Positions 45,973 to 57,406 are shown, counted from the first letter of the stretch. The stretch: DNA of 64,000 nucleotides from Nitrososphaerales archaeon (GCA_965197925.1 CBDAOC010000020.1:704001-768000), one strand, 5' to 3'. The notes: a model not told the origin generated them from the sequence alone. A program made the numbers and translations.

Positions 45973-47007
45973 GAGCCTATCCGAAAATCCTATTCCATAG
46001 ATTGTACGCTGCTCATACCAGCAATAATTAAATCGGAATGATGGAAAATAAATATATACATCTCTTCCTGGGTGTGATTTTATCAATTTTGTAGAAAGCG
46101 CACGCTATAGTAATTCCAAAATCATATGAGCTTACCAGTGAATTGCTCTGTATACTATTAGACAGTTAGCCAATTCTACTAGCGCCTGATAATTTTCCTC
46201 TCTCTTCTCGAACCTTACCAATAACTTTCTGAACCTGTTATGCCAAGATGCGGTTCTTTCTACAACCCATCTCTTTGCTTTACACAAATTCTTTTTCAAC
46301 ACTTCACCCTTATGACGAATGTGATCCACATATCCCCTTCCTAACTCCATACTCTATCTCAGGGAAATCGTATCCTATTCATGCATATGTTCTGTTTAAC
46401 TTTGGGCCTATCAACAACAATGCTATCTATTGTAGGAAAGGCTGATTTCATATCGTGTTTATTTGCTCCAGTAATTACAGATGAGAGAGGAATACCTCTT
46501 CTATCAACCAGCATGTGACGTTTGGTACCTAGCTTGCCTCTATCCGTTGGGTTTGCTCCGGTCGTTTTCCCCCTAATGGGGCCTTCGGTACGCTATCCAT
46601 GGATTGCCAGTCCCATCCCATGCTCTTTAATTCATCATATATTTCCAGCAGCCTCTTCCATACCTTCTTGAATACTCCTATCCCAATCCATTCCTGAAAT
46701 CTTGCATGGCAAGTTGAGCCAGAACCAAATTCTTTAGATACCTTCTTCCACTGGCATCCAGTTCTTAATACATACAGTATTCCATTCAATACTTTTCTAA
46801 ATGGCACAGCTGGCCTTCCAACTGTTCTTGCTGGTTTCCCTGGCGGCAGCACTAGTTTGAACTCTACCCATTAGATCATTTGGTATATTCCATATGGTCG
46901 GCATGCTCTTTTTCTTTGATTTTCTCACAAATTTAGCTAGAGAGGACAGATCTAGATCTGTTTCGGTATAAACAATTAGGCTATGATGTTAATTTTCGGA
47001 TAAGCCC
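45973..47007 (-). mobile_element. IS family D copy D2, IS5 family, defective
   Basis: Near-identical to D1 over the transposase, with the same TIR. Flanks CTTA/TAAG. Different 3' non-coding segment. Confidence 0.95.
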
Positions 47008-47298
47008 TAAGTTACAACCTGAATTATTTTTATTAGGACAGACATATTGTTTTCCTTTATGTTGAAGGATCTAATTTAGACTGGATAAAATGGGATATCT
47101 AAGGAGGGGGATAATGTTGGCCAAAGAAGTGTTCTCAGTAGCCCCAAAGATATTATTATCTACATTCTAATTAATGATTTCAAAAATGTTCTATTAGAAC
47201 CGATCCTAGGGAAGGCACCGAAGCAATTGACATAATCCTGTATAATTGCACACTTTTATTATCAGAACAAAGAAGATTACTTGTATCACCGTTTACCA

Positions 47299-48315
47299 TT
47301 AAGGAGTCAACACTGCTCTGGCTTCTATATTGCTCGTTTTCAACTTTGCAAGAACTTCATTCGCATTACTTAGTGGGTATTTTTCACAAATAACTTCTAT
47401 CGAATTGTTAGTAGCCAGAGCAAGAACCTGCTTCATATCATTCCTTGATCCAATAACGCTGCCCTTAATGACCTTTTCATCAACAAACATAAAATCATCA
47501 CCTATAGATCCAAACACACCCAGGACAATGGTACCACCCTTCTTAACAGATTTTACTGCCTGACTTATCGCCTCCTTGGCAGGTGCAAATACTATAGCGG
47601 AATCCACTAAGCCCATTTTTTGAATAGATTGCACGACATCTTCCTCTGAAGGAGATATAACAACATCCGCACCAAGCTTTGATGCCAAATTAAGATGCAT
47701 CTTGCTTCTTGTAATTGCGACAACTTTTGCTCCATATAGCTTTGCTATCTGCAGCGCAATATGACCAACCCCTCCTATACCGAACACCGCAACCATATTT
47801 CCTGGAGAGAGATTGGCTTGTTTGACAGCTTTGTACGCGGTAACACCAGGGCAGAACAGAGGCGCAGCATGCAAGTCATCTATCGAATCAGGAATCTTGT
47901 AGGTGAAATCGGATGGAACTTTCATGTATTCAGCATAACCACCATCTTCGGTATCACCGGTTATCTTCCTATTATCACACAGGTGCTCCTTTCCAGTTAG
48001 ACAATAATCACAATTCCTGCATGCACTGTACAATGGTTGTATTCCTATTCTCTCTCCTTTACTAAATTTTATAACATCACTGCCAACCGATTCAACAACA
48101 CCAACGATCTCATGCCCGGGAATGATTGGAAGTTTGGGGGGTATACCGTACTTCAACCAGTCTCCTTCGATCAAATGTAAATTGGATCTGCATACACCGC
48201 ATGCAGTTATTCTCATAAGAATCTGATTCTTGTCGAGTAATGGAATATCGACATCAGTTAGTTTCAAGGGTCTATCTTCAATCGGAGCCGTTCTATTCAG
48301 GATCATTGCTTTCAT
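47299..48315 (-). CDS. Zinc-dependent alcohol dehydrogenase (MDR family)
   Basis: CGVCRSNLH, PGHEIVG, CRNCDYC...C and GIGGVG motifs. Confidence 0.93.
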   Translation of the reverse strand: MKAMILNRTAPIEDRPLKLTDVDIPLLDKNQILMRITACGVCRSNLHLIEGDWLKYGIPPKLPIIPGHEIVGVVESVGSDVIKFSKGERIGIQPLYSACRNCDYCLTGKEHLCDNRKITGDTEDGGYAEYMKVPSDFTYKIPDSIDDLHAAPLFCPGVTAYKAVKQANLSPGNMVAVFGIGGVGHIALQIAKLYGAKVVAITRSKMHLNLASKLGADVVISPSEEDVVQSIQKMGLVDSAIVFAPAKEAISQAVKSVKKGGTIVLGVFGSIGDDFMFVDEKVIKGSVIGSRNDMKQVLALATNNSIEVICEKYPLSNANEVLAKLKTSNIEARAVLTP

Positions 48316-48670
48316 TACCCCTTTCTATACAACCAATTATTTTAATTTAAAAAGTGCTTTCCGACTCAGGTAACTCCCAACCACATTTAATATCAATTGC
48401 CAAAGTTGGACTCACACCCTCATCAATAAATGCTGCTAGCGATTTTCTTGGTTTTTTGGATAGAACGCAGCAGCTGCTTGGATTATCACCTCTTAACATG
48501 ACTAACCAATTTTTCAAGCTCCAAGACTATATAGTGCAAATATGGGTGGCAAAAACCCTTGTAAAAAAAGTAAATAATCAATATGTGCTTGATCAAATTC
48601 AAGCAAGCCAAATTGGACCAAATATGCTTAATGTAAATCTTTTAAGTAAACGCATTAAATTCCTATTGTA

Positions 48671-49957
48671 TTGGAATTCGAACTGCCTAGAGGAATGCGC
48701 GATCTGGAACCAAAAGAATATCAAATGATTGAACTGAGCAAACGAAAGTTCTTTGACGCTGCAGAGCTGTTCGGTTTCAATTTAATGGAACCATCACCAG
48801 TGGAATCGCTATCGACATTGGAGGCTAAGAGTGGTAATACAATCAGGCAGGAAATTTATAGTTTTATGGATAAGGGGGGTAGAGATGTTGCTTTGCGTTT
48901 CGACCTTACTATAGGCCTAACAAGATATGTTACTTCAAGGCGGGATATGCGTTTACCTGTCAAGCTTGCATCGTTTGGTGGAATGTTCAGGTATGACGAG
49001 CCACAGCTGGGTCGATATAGATGGTTCCACCAGTGGGATGTTGAGGTTTACGATTCTTTCAATATAGAATCTGATGCTGAGGTGATGGAGTTTACTGCAG
49101 TATACCTAGAATCTCTTGGGCTCGATGCTGTAATAGATATCTGTGATCGAGAACTGCTGGAAGATTTCATACGTAGCAGATTACATGTCAGTGATATGGA
49201 TGTCATACTGGAAATGCTAAGGGCAATTGACAAAGTTCCTAAAAAAGGTCACAAGGCTGTACTAAAGGAATATTCAGATAAGGGTATGGATGTAAAGAAG
49301 TTGGAAGAACTTCTTGAACTCGCGGAAATGAAGGGAAATCCAGAAAAGATCATGTCCGATGATCGCATTAAGAACCTAGATAAAATTGGTAAACTCAAGG
49401 ATATCATGGATTCGATAAGGTCAAGGGGGGTGAAAAATATTAGAGTAAACATGGGGATAGTCCGGGGTTTAGATTATTACTCTGGTGTGGTTTTTGAAGC
49501 CTTTGACAAGTCTGGAGGAATAGGTGCACTGGTTGGTGGGGGAAGATATGATAAACTTACCACTACTTTTGGCAGATCCGATATGGGTGCAACCGGCGCA
49601 GCGGGGGGAATTGAAAGAATAGTTTCCATATTGCTCAAAAAAGGGCTTGCAGATCGGAGACTATCAAATAAATCTGTCTTCGTGGCATATGTTTATGATG
49701 ATTTAAAGCAGAATGCAACAAGTCTTGTATCTTCATTGCGTAAAAGTGGCATAATTTCTGAGTTTGATATGAATAACCATTCGCTTAAGAAGCAGTTGGA
49801 GGAGGCATCGAAGAGAGGATATATGTTCACTGCTATACTTGCTCCTGAAGAATTATCTAGGAACGAGTTGATACTAAGAAATATGGATACCGGATCTGAG
49901 GTAAAAGCAAAACTCGATGATTTTTCGAAGGATCCAAGAAAAGCATTGGAAGCTTAA
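48671..49957 (+). CDS. hisS: Histidine--tRNA ligase
   Basis: PRGMRD, ALRFDLT, FRYDEPQLGRYRWFHQ, VRGLDYYSG and GGGRYD motifs. Confidence 0.97.
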   Translation: MEFELPRGMRDLEPKEYQMIELSKRKFFDAAELFGFNLMEPSPVESLSTLEAKSGNTIRQEIYSFMDKGGRDVALRFDLTIGLTRYVTSRRDMRLPVKLASFGGMFRYDEPQLGRYRWFHQWDVEVYDSFNIESDAEVMEFTAVYLESLGLDAVIDICDRELLEDFIRSRLHVSDMDVILEMLRAIDKVPKKGHKAVLKEYSDKGMDVKKLEELLELAEMKGNPEKIMSDDRIKNLDKIGKLKDIMDSIRSRGVKNIRVNMGIVRGLDYYSGVVFEAFDKSGGIGALVGGGRYDKLTTTFGRSDMGATGAAGGIERIVSILLKKGLADRRLSNKSVFVAYVYDDLKQNATSLVSSLRKSGIISEFDMNNHSLKKQLEEASKRGYMFTAILAPEELSRNELILRNMDTGSEVKAKLDDFSKDPRKALEA

Positions 49958-50619
49958 AGCTTAAACCCTCTACTTAACATGACAAGCTCCGGACCTGTAG
50001 TTAACGTACCGACAACGGCGGACTTGGAATTTGCAATAACACCTGATGCCAAAAAGGGAACACCACCATTAACTGTAGCAGGTTCCACATCAACTTTCAA
50101 ACTTTCCTTGATAAGATCAATCTTAGGCTCGCTTGTCTTTGGATGCACAACTGCACCAAGATTGGTGCTTACCACAAGTGCGCCTACTTGGTGATAGGTA
50201 TCCATGCTAAAGTGTTCTATAGGCACGCCTAGCACATCTTGCATTTCTTTCAATGAGTCCTTTGGTATAATGGTTGATGCCAATCCTGCCTTATCATTGG
50301 CAACTATTAGATTTCCCAGTGCAGTAACTTTCAATTCTATCCTTCCGACGTTCATTTCCGTAGATTTTTTTAACTCCCGTATTTCATAATCTTCCGTTAT
50401 CCATGGTACAAGTATACCATTATTGTTCATTACAGACAAGGGACCAAGTAACCTTGTGTCTGCTATAGAAACACGCACACATTGAACCTCAAAGAGATGT
50501 TGAAGTTGTTCTTCCTTGGAGTCCGAAATACCTTTTGGTACAAAAAGATAATTATCATTTGCTTTTAAAAATATGCCAATATTAGGACTTCTGTAAATAT
50601 AATACCTATTGATGCCCAT
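49954..50619 (-). CDS. eif6: Translation initiation factor aIF-6
   Basis: SPNIGIF, NNNGILVP, ALGNLIVAND and TVNGGVPFLASG motifs. The real start is ATG 50619 (the track's 50901 extension overlaps the ferredoxin). Confidence 0.95.
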   Translation of the reverse strand: MGINRYYIYRSPNIGIFLKANDNYLFVPKGISDSKEEQLQHLFEVQCVRVSIADTRLLGPLSVMNNNGILVPWITEDYEIRELKKSTEMNVGRIELKVTALGNLIVANDKAGLASTIIPKDSLKEMQDVLGVPIEHFSMDTYHQVGALVVSTNLGAVVHPKTSEPKIDLIKESLKVDVEPATVNGGVPFLASGVIANSKSAVVGTLTTGPELVMLSRGFKL

Positions 50620-50703
50620 GAACTTAGGTAGCTTGAATATGAAATAATATGAATTTACCTTACTCCAAGTTTCCATATCATTTATATAATATATCAAAGG
50701 TAG

Positions 50704-51261
<558 letters not shown>

Positions 51262-51284
51262 CCCACATTGAAATCTTTTTTTAA

Positions 51285-51845
51285 TTAAAGATCAAATACC
51301 CTTACCATATTTTTTACATCGAATATTATTACTTCACTCGGAAGGTTCAGAACTGACATTTTTTCGTTGGGAGGATCAAATGTCAAAATATGTAAAAGCA
51401 TGCTAGACTTGTTTGTTTTGACCTTTTTCTTTAACCTAGCAGAGAGTACCTTCTTTCCTATTACTATATTCGGATTGAACAATACATCAAGTGTATGAAG
51501 GTAAGTGCTCCCCCAAATGACGAAAGAATATTCGACCTTGAAATAGGGGATAGATACCGCTGGATAATTAAGCTTACCTGAATTATGCAGTGCTTCATCT
51601 GCATAATAAAACCTATCATGGAAATTATCCACGAAAGGAACCTTTGCGTAAACGGTTTGCCTTAAACCCTTTCTATCACATATCATCGAATACTTCTCAA
51701 ACACTTGGTCAGGTAAAGTTGAGAATCCATACTTGTAGTCGTCATGTATTCTAATCCTCTTATTTACGACAAAGTGTTGCTTTGATTCCAAAAGTCGTCT
51801 TACATTCTCGACGAACTGATTCTCATTGCATTCAAAAATAGGCAT
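51285..51845 (-). CDS. Hypothetical protein
   Basis: Intact 186-aa ORF abutting the upstream ORF. Confidence 0.75.
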   Translation of the reverse strand: MPIFECNENQFVENVRRLLESKQHFVVNKRIRIHDDYKYGFSTLPDQVFEKYSMICDRKGLRQTVYAKVPFVDNFHDRFYYADEALHNSGKLNYPAVSIPYFKVEYSFVIWGSTYLHTLDVLFNPNIVIGKKVLSARLKKKVKTNKSSMLLHILTFDPPNEKMSVLNLPSEVIIFDVKNMVRVFDL

Positions 51846-52112
51846 TCAATCAAACACCCCAATGATCTTGCTTATTGTATTTGAGGAACCGCAGATAGTA
51901 ATGATAGGATCTTTTGGATAAACATCCCCAAGTTCCTCAGATACGCTAACACATTCTGATTTGCGCACAAAAAGGATCTTGTTCCAGAACATTCCGTCAC
52001 TCACCGTGGTGGCAGAATCAAATATAGAAAAGCCCATTTCTAACAGACTGGTATGAACCTTATCGCCAGGAATCCATACCGCAATCGACTTTATTTTAAG
52101 TTTCATTGACAC
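51846..52112 (-). CDS. Hypothetical protein
   Basis: Intact 88-aa ORF whose stop abuts the next ATG. Confidence 0.65.
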   Translation of the reverse strand: MSMKLKIKSIAVWIPGDKVHTSLLEMGFSIFDSATTVSDGMFWNKILFVRKSECVSVSEELGDVYPKDPIITICGSSNTISKIIGVFD

Positions 52113-52220
52113 ATTCTAATTTACGGATCCAATATAAAAATTGGTTGTATTTGATTTTGACACAATATATGATCAAAGTTTATCTTTAATATTTATCTTT
52201 AATAATATTCATTAGAACTC

Positions 52221-53183
52221 ATGTGTTCCGTTGTCGTTATGCATGGTGATGCTCTTGCAAACTATGGTTTCGGAGGCTCACATCCTTGGGGCTCAGATAG
52301 GCTTTATGCATTTTGGAACAAGTTCCTGAGCGAGCGACTGGATAAAGAACCAAATATCATTATAAAAGAACCTGTTCTAGCAAAGGAAGACACATTGTTG
52401 AACTTTCATTCCAAAATCTATGTGGAATTTGTTAAAAAGGCATCGTCATCGGGAAAGGGTTTTCTTGATCATGGTGATACACCAGCCTTCAAGGGAGTAT
52501 TTGAGGCAGCCAGCTACATCGTTGGCTCTACCTTAAAGGCACTTGATATGGTGATAAAGAAGGAAGTCGATCATGCCTTCAATCCAATAGGTGGATTACA
52601 TCATGCTAGGAGGGAGTTTGCCGGAGGGTTTTGTGTGTTCAATGACATCGGCATTGCTATAGGAGTAGCAAGGAATTATTACCAAGTAAAGAAGGTGACT
52701 TACGTTGATATAGATGCGCATCACGGAGACGGTGTCTTTTATGAATTCAACAAGGATCCAGATGTATTCATAGTTGATGTGCATGAAGATGGTAATTATC
52801 TTTATCCTGGAACGGGTTTTGTGCATGAAACCGGTGAAGGAGATGCAGAAGGATCGAAACTAAACATTCCCATGAAGCCTTTTGCAAACGATAATGATGT
52901 TTTGAAAGCATTCAAGCAGGCAGAAGAATTCCTTGATGATGCCAAACCAGAACTGATCATTCTGCAATGTGGAGGTGATGGCTTGATGGGAGATCCTCTT
53001 ACACACTTGAATTTTAGCGAGGGTACGCACAGGCATGTTACAAAATTTCTTCACAATTTAGCACATAGATACTGTGATGGCAGGATGATTGCTTTGGGTG
53101 GGGGAGGTTACAACAGAGACAATATTGCTAAAGCGTGGACTGAAGTCGTAAAGGTACTAAGCAACTCGGGAGTACACATCTAA
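52221..53183 (+). CDS. acuC: Histone deacetylase-family (AcuC-like) Zn-dependent deacetylase
   Basis: GGLHHA, GFCVFND, DIDAHHGDG and GGGGY motifs. Confidence 0.92.
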   Translation: MCSVVVMHGDALANYGFGGSHPWGSDRLYAFWNKFLSERLDKEPNIIIKEPVLAKEDTLLNFHSKIYVEFVKKASSSGKGFLDHGDTPAFKGVFEAASYIVGSTLKALDMVIKKEVDHAFNPIGGLHHARREFAGGFCVFNDIGIAIGVARNYYQVKKVTYVDIDAHHGDGVFYEFNKDPDVFIVDVHEDGNYLYPGTGFVHETGEGDAEGSKLNIPMKPFANDNDVLKAFKQAEEFLDDAKPELIILQCGGDGLMGDPLTHLNFSEGTHRHVTKFLHNLAHRYCDGRMIALGGGGYNRDNIAKAWTEVVKVLSNSGVHI

Positions 53184-53211
53184 ATATGCTATGTTCCTTT
53201 ATCTCTGATGC

Positions 53212-53332
53212 GCAGGAGTGGCAGAGTGGCCGAATGCGCGGATTCTCCAAAAGAGATGCGTAAGCCTTGAGTCCACAAAAAGACAGCCCGTGAGCCGCAA
53301 GGCTCTCAGGAGTTCAAATCTCCTCTCCTGCG
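53212..53332 (+). tRNA. tRNA-Ser(UGA) with two introns: 29/30 (53242..53263) and 37/38 (53272..53284)
   Basis: Acceptor GCAGGAG/CTCCTGC, long variable arm GAGCC-GCAA-GGCTC, T-loop TTCAAAT. Removing both inserts restores CGGGC-CT-TGA-GA-GCCCG. Confidence 0.92.
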
Positions 53333-53796
53333 CCTTTATTTTATCTAATATTGGCGAGTCTTAGAATTCTTTTAAAATTCAATAGGTCGGTTGTATTATG
53401 AAATTAACATAGGTGACCTTGTAAGACTATTGTGAAAGAAATAACGTAAAGAAAATAATGTAAACATAAAAATCTAAAGACAGTTTGGTATAGGAAAACA
53501 ATTTGGTGTGGAAGATTCTCATGAAAAACGAGACTGCATTAGCCAAAGTCAATTGGAGAACTTCCCATTTGAGCACGATTAATATGTAAATGAAATGAAA
53601 ATAATGATTACAAGCTTCAATTATAATCCAACGGAGAATAATTATGACTATTTCAAATGATCTAGTGTTGTATATCCTGTGTACGGTGACAATTATTTTA
53701 TTCGGCCAATCATAATTTCCTCTATGAGATGTTTTTTGATTAGTCGGTAATGCACCCAATTGAATATATATATAATTTTGATTTAAACTAGGCAAT

Positions 53797-54150
53797 ATGG
53801 AGAAAGAAATGATCTATGCTGTATTTGGCATAATTTTGATCGTCGCCCTTTCTAGCGTAGTAATTATAGTAAGCCTTGATCAAAATCAGAAACCTGGTCC
53901 TGTACCTATTATACCCACTTTACCACAAGACCCTAAGCAGACAAGTAACCATTCCGATGACTGGGACGAATTACCTGTTTCATTTATGGACTCGAATAAT
54001 ACTATTCCTGAAGTGTTGGTAACTCAAAAGTGGACTAATGCGGATGCATTACAAGCTTGCAGTATGTTGCTTGAGAATTCCGTTATTCAAGAGACGGTGG
54101 ATAAGGCCGACATTAACTGGTGTAGAGAATTTGTGAATTCATTAAAGTAG
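53797..54150 (+). CDS. Membrane-anchored hypothetical protein
   Basis: N-terminal TM helix, Pro-rich linker, two Cys. Confidence 0.65.
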   Translation: MEKEMIYAVFGIILIVALSSVVIIVSLDQNQKPGPVPIIPTLPQDPKQTSNHSDDWDELPVSFMDSNNTIPEVLVTQKWTNADALQACSMLLENSVIQETVDKADINWCREFVNSLK

Positions 54151-54290
54151 TTTGTATGTGGAATTCATATTCATTTTTATCTTGGCATTGAATTCACTAT
54201 TGTTAAATATTTCATTGTTTTATCACATATTTCACTATTGTTGTATTTTTGTATTCAATACTAAAATAGTTTAATCCCATCAAAAGAGAC

Positions 54291-54656
54291 ATGAGCGATA
54301 CGGAGTTATTTGAATTGACATGGTATCTCAGGGATTACCTCTTCAGAAATCACAATCAAGAGGGCACTGAAATTGTAGCGGATAACATTCCTGTCAAGAT
54401 GAAAAGCTTGTATTTACGGTACAGGAATAGCAATATAGAACATTTAACGGAATTGGCCAAATTGGTGACAGAAAAATTACAGGAAACATCAGTACTAATT
54501 CCATTTGACGGTTCAAAACTAAAGATGAATGCCATGCTAGATAGATGGCAGTGTTCAAACTGCAAGTACATATCTTACCTGACCAACCTTGAGGAAATGA
54601 AGTGTTTTAGATGTGGTTCCAAAGAGATTAAGGAATTCATGAGAAGAAGAGCATGA
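54291..54656 (+). CDS. Hypothetical protein with a C-terminal Zn ribbon
   Basis: QCSNCKYISYL...KCFRCGS. Confidence 0.75.
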   Translation: MSDTELFELTWYLRDYLFRNHNQEGTEIVADNIPVKMKSLYLRYRNSNIEHLTELAKLVTEKLQETSVLIPFDGSKLKMNAMLDRWQCSNCKYISYLTNLEEMKCFRCGSKEIKEFMRRRA

Positions 54657-54709
54657 ATACAAAATTCTGAATACAAAATTCTTAAAACCAACATCATATA
54701 ATAAAAGAC

Positions 54710-54967
54710 ATGATACCCAAGGATGATGCAAACCAGATAATACAGATGCTTGCTCAAGGACTTGCAAATATTAAGGTTGAGGCTGATCAGAAGGATTACG
54801 TGTTGCTGGATCTAAGTAATGACATAAAGGCAGAGGAAGGCAGTGAAACCTATCACACCATAGGACCCCTGATAATAAGCAACGATGCTGAGAAGGCAAA
54901 TGCGCTTAGAAAGCAGATACGAGAAATCATCAATAAAGAACTTGGAATTGGGAGCAGTAGTACCTAA
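54710..54967 (+). CDS. Hypothetical protein
   Basis: Intact 85-aa ORF. Confidence 0.6.
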   Translation: MIPKDDANQIIQMLAQGLANIKVEADQKDYVLLDLSNDIKAEEGSETYHTIGPLIISNDAEKANALRKQIREIINKELGIGSSST

Positions 54968-55192
54968 TTTCAGGCTTTAACTACGAATTTGCCTTCATTG
55001 AACCTGAGAATCTGATAAGATATTCTTTCTAAGGGAAATGAGATGCAAATACCAGAATCAGTTGTCCTGTGTTAGTTGAACTTGAGAGCCATGGAAAAGG
55101 TAATTCGCACTTCTGAAGACTAATATTTTAAATAACTATATGGTCCTAGGATAGACGAGCCAGTAATGGTGAAATAAATAAGGTAAATAATA

Positions 55193-55432
55193 ATGGGATC
55201 TAAATGCTCTGAATGTGGTCATGATATGGAAATGCATGATAACAAACTGGGATGCAAGGAAGAAGGATCATCCAGTATGTGCCCTTGCTTGTATGCAACT
55301 GAATACACATTCATTGATGATAACCATGGTGTAGCACTCTGGGAATGTAAACAGTGCAAAATAAGGGTCTTTGATTTTGATACAATGAAACATTCCAATT
55401 TTCATACCAAAGTTGGTTCTGATGACAAATAG
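55193..55432 (+). CDS. Small Cys/His-rich putative zinc-binding protein
   Basis: CSECGHDMEMH...C...CPC and CKQC...HSNFH. Confidence 0.65.
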   Translation: MGSKCSECGHDMEMHDNKLGCKEEGSSSMCPCLYATEYTFIDDNHGVALWECKQCKIRVFDFDTMKHSNFHTKVGSDDK

Positions 55433-55700
55433 CCCATATCTTTGTAAAGTCAATTCTCACGTTTAAACAGCCATAAACCAGTGATACCATATCCCAGGCC
55501 CTAATATTAGCAAAATGAGGTAAACACTCTCCTCCCATTGACAATCCTGGGAATTTGACCTTGGTCACTTTTCTATTGAATAAGGGTCAGATCAGGTGTG
55601 AAAAGATCGTTCCTTTCCCGTTTCATAGGATTCCTTATATCAAAACCTTTGGTAATGGTAAGTAATGCACCTAAGAATATAGAGGTTTTGGACTCCTATT

Positions 55701-56870
55701 TTGGTAATAGCCTCATTTGTCGTAGGCATAGTGGTTAGCCCATACATAACCCCAATTGTCCAACCATTAAATTTAGAGTCTACAACTGATAATGGGGTAG
55801 AGAAATTCAATGAAATAGACCAAGAGTTAATGAAGCTCTCTAACGAGCTAAATGAGTTCAAGAATATCAACACAACCGTGAGTGTGTCAGAAGAGACTGT
55901 AGAGGAAATTTCAAACCTCCAAGAATGGGTAGAAAATATTGATTTGAGAATTGATAAGTTAAGCAGTTTATCTCAAGATATAAGTGAACTTAGGAATGAG
56001 ATTGCAAACCTGCAGGTCTCCCCTGAATCACAATCCCTGACAGCATCCCTAGATAGATCCCAGTATAGAGTAGGAGACTCTTTGATTGTGAATGGAGTTG
56101 GAATGCCAAACAGATCTGTGGGCATCTCCATATTGGATTCCAACACTGCCGTCAGTGAAGGATCAACTATGACCGACTCATCTGGGAAATTTGCATTCAC
56201 GATGCAACTGTCGAACCTGTCAGATGGAGATAATTATGTCATCAAAGTCATCCAGGAGGGTAAAGTGGTAGAAAAACCATTTACATTATCACCAAGATTG
56301 ATTCAGACTGGAGATTTTACTCTTGAAACAGATAATGTAGAATATGAGAAAAGTGAAAAAGTTCTGCTGAGTGGTATTACTGATCCGAATGTGTGGATTG
56401 ACTTGGACATATATGATAGCAACAATGTGCAGATTATAAGGACATCGACCATATCGGACGGCAGTGGAAGATATAGTCTAGAGTACACGATTTCTTCAAC
56501 CGCCGTTGTTGGTGATTACTTGGCTAATGCCTCGGTAAATGACAAGCAGGTCAGTGTCAAGTTCGCTGTTGTCTTGACTAGCACATCAACCTCATCCAGT
56601 TCATCCAGCAATCTAACGATTGAGACGGACAGGTCCATTTACAATAGAGGAGATTTCGTAATTGTAACGGGCAAGGGTAGCCCTAATGGCAAGGTGACTA
56701 TCCTTGTTGAACCTCAAACAGGGGATGATATACTGCTTGGAGTCAACACAGATGGTTCGGGAAACTACAGAACTATATTTGCTACAAAGCAGGACTCTTT
56801 TAGAGGTGACTGGGAAATTACTGTAAAACAGGGTTTGGATAGAACAACAATTAACATCACTCTTGTTTGA
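55701..56870 (+). CDS. Membrane-anchored coiled-coil protein with three Ig-like (MG2-like) domains
   Basis: TM, heptad region, then three repeats: LDRSQYRVGD, TDNVEYEKSE and TDRSIYNRGD, each with DxSG(K/R/N)(F/Y). The 5' end is uncertain (in-frame TAG at 55680). Confidence 0.75.
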   Translation: MVIASFVVGIVVSPYITPIVQPLNLESTTDNGVEKFNEIDQELMKLSNELNEFKNINTTVSVSEETVEEISNLQEWVENIDLRIDKLSSLSQDISELRNEIANLQVSPESQSLTASLDRSQYRVGDSLIVNGVGMPNRSVGISILDSNTAVSEGSTMTDSSGKFAFTMQLSNLSDGDNYVIKVIQEGKVVEKPFTLSPRLIQTGDFTLETDNVEYEKSEKVLLSGITDPNVWIDLDIYDSNNVQIIRTSTISDGSGRYSLEYTISSTAVVGDYLANASVNDKQVSVKFAVVLTSTSTSSSSSSNLTIETDRSIYNRGDFVIVTGKGSPNGKVTILVEPQTGDDILLGVNTDGSGNYRTIFATKQDSFRGDWEITVKQGLDRTTINITLV

Positions 56871-57118
56871 TTGGTACCAGGAAAAAGTAATATCATTATA
56901 AAGTGCTACTAATACCATAATCTAGTTAATTGAGGCATGGGCATTATTCCATATAACAAAAATAACTTGATGCCTCTGATTGATTAACTTCCCAACATGT
57001 GCTTCAATGCCCTTAATGGTCTTCCTGTCAAGTAGTTGTAGTATACCATCAGCTGGTATAGCAATATAGAAATCAGAACGATGCTCCTAGCTTTATCAAA
57101 TCCTCTAACAGGTAGTGG

Positions 57119-57237
57119 GTCTATATCAAATACATCCTTTATCTGCTCTATCAATGGTTCAACGCTTATGCTCCTCCGTCTATATCAAATACATCCTTTA
57201 TCTGCTCTATCAATGGTTCAACGCTTATGCTCCTCCG
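57119..57237. repeat. 59-bp perfect tandem duplication inside IS A6
   Basis: GTCTATATCAAATACATCC...GCTCCTCC twice, period 59; single-copy in the other A elements. Confidence 0.95.
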
Positions 57238-57406
57238 AGAATATACATGCTGCCCAAATTCCGATTGATAGAACTGCAGCAATGCCAGTCTATTATTATC
57301 TGTAGTATGCTTGTACCTTTCCAATGGGAATACTGGATACCCTCTATACCTGCTGAAATCACATAACTTGTGATCATCATATCCTTCATCTCCTACAACA
57401 TACATT

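Noticed and set aside
52179..54242. Short AT-rich duplications (TTTATCTTTAATA twice near 52180; TTCACTATTGTT twice near 54190-54240)
   Set aside because: Low-complexity 12-13-mers, compatible with slippage or chance.
53333..56931. Integrated element at tRNA-Ser (or at tRNA-Arg)
   Set aside because: No integrase and no duplicated tRNA 3' end found in the window.
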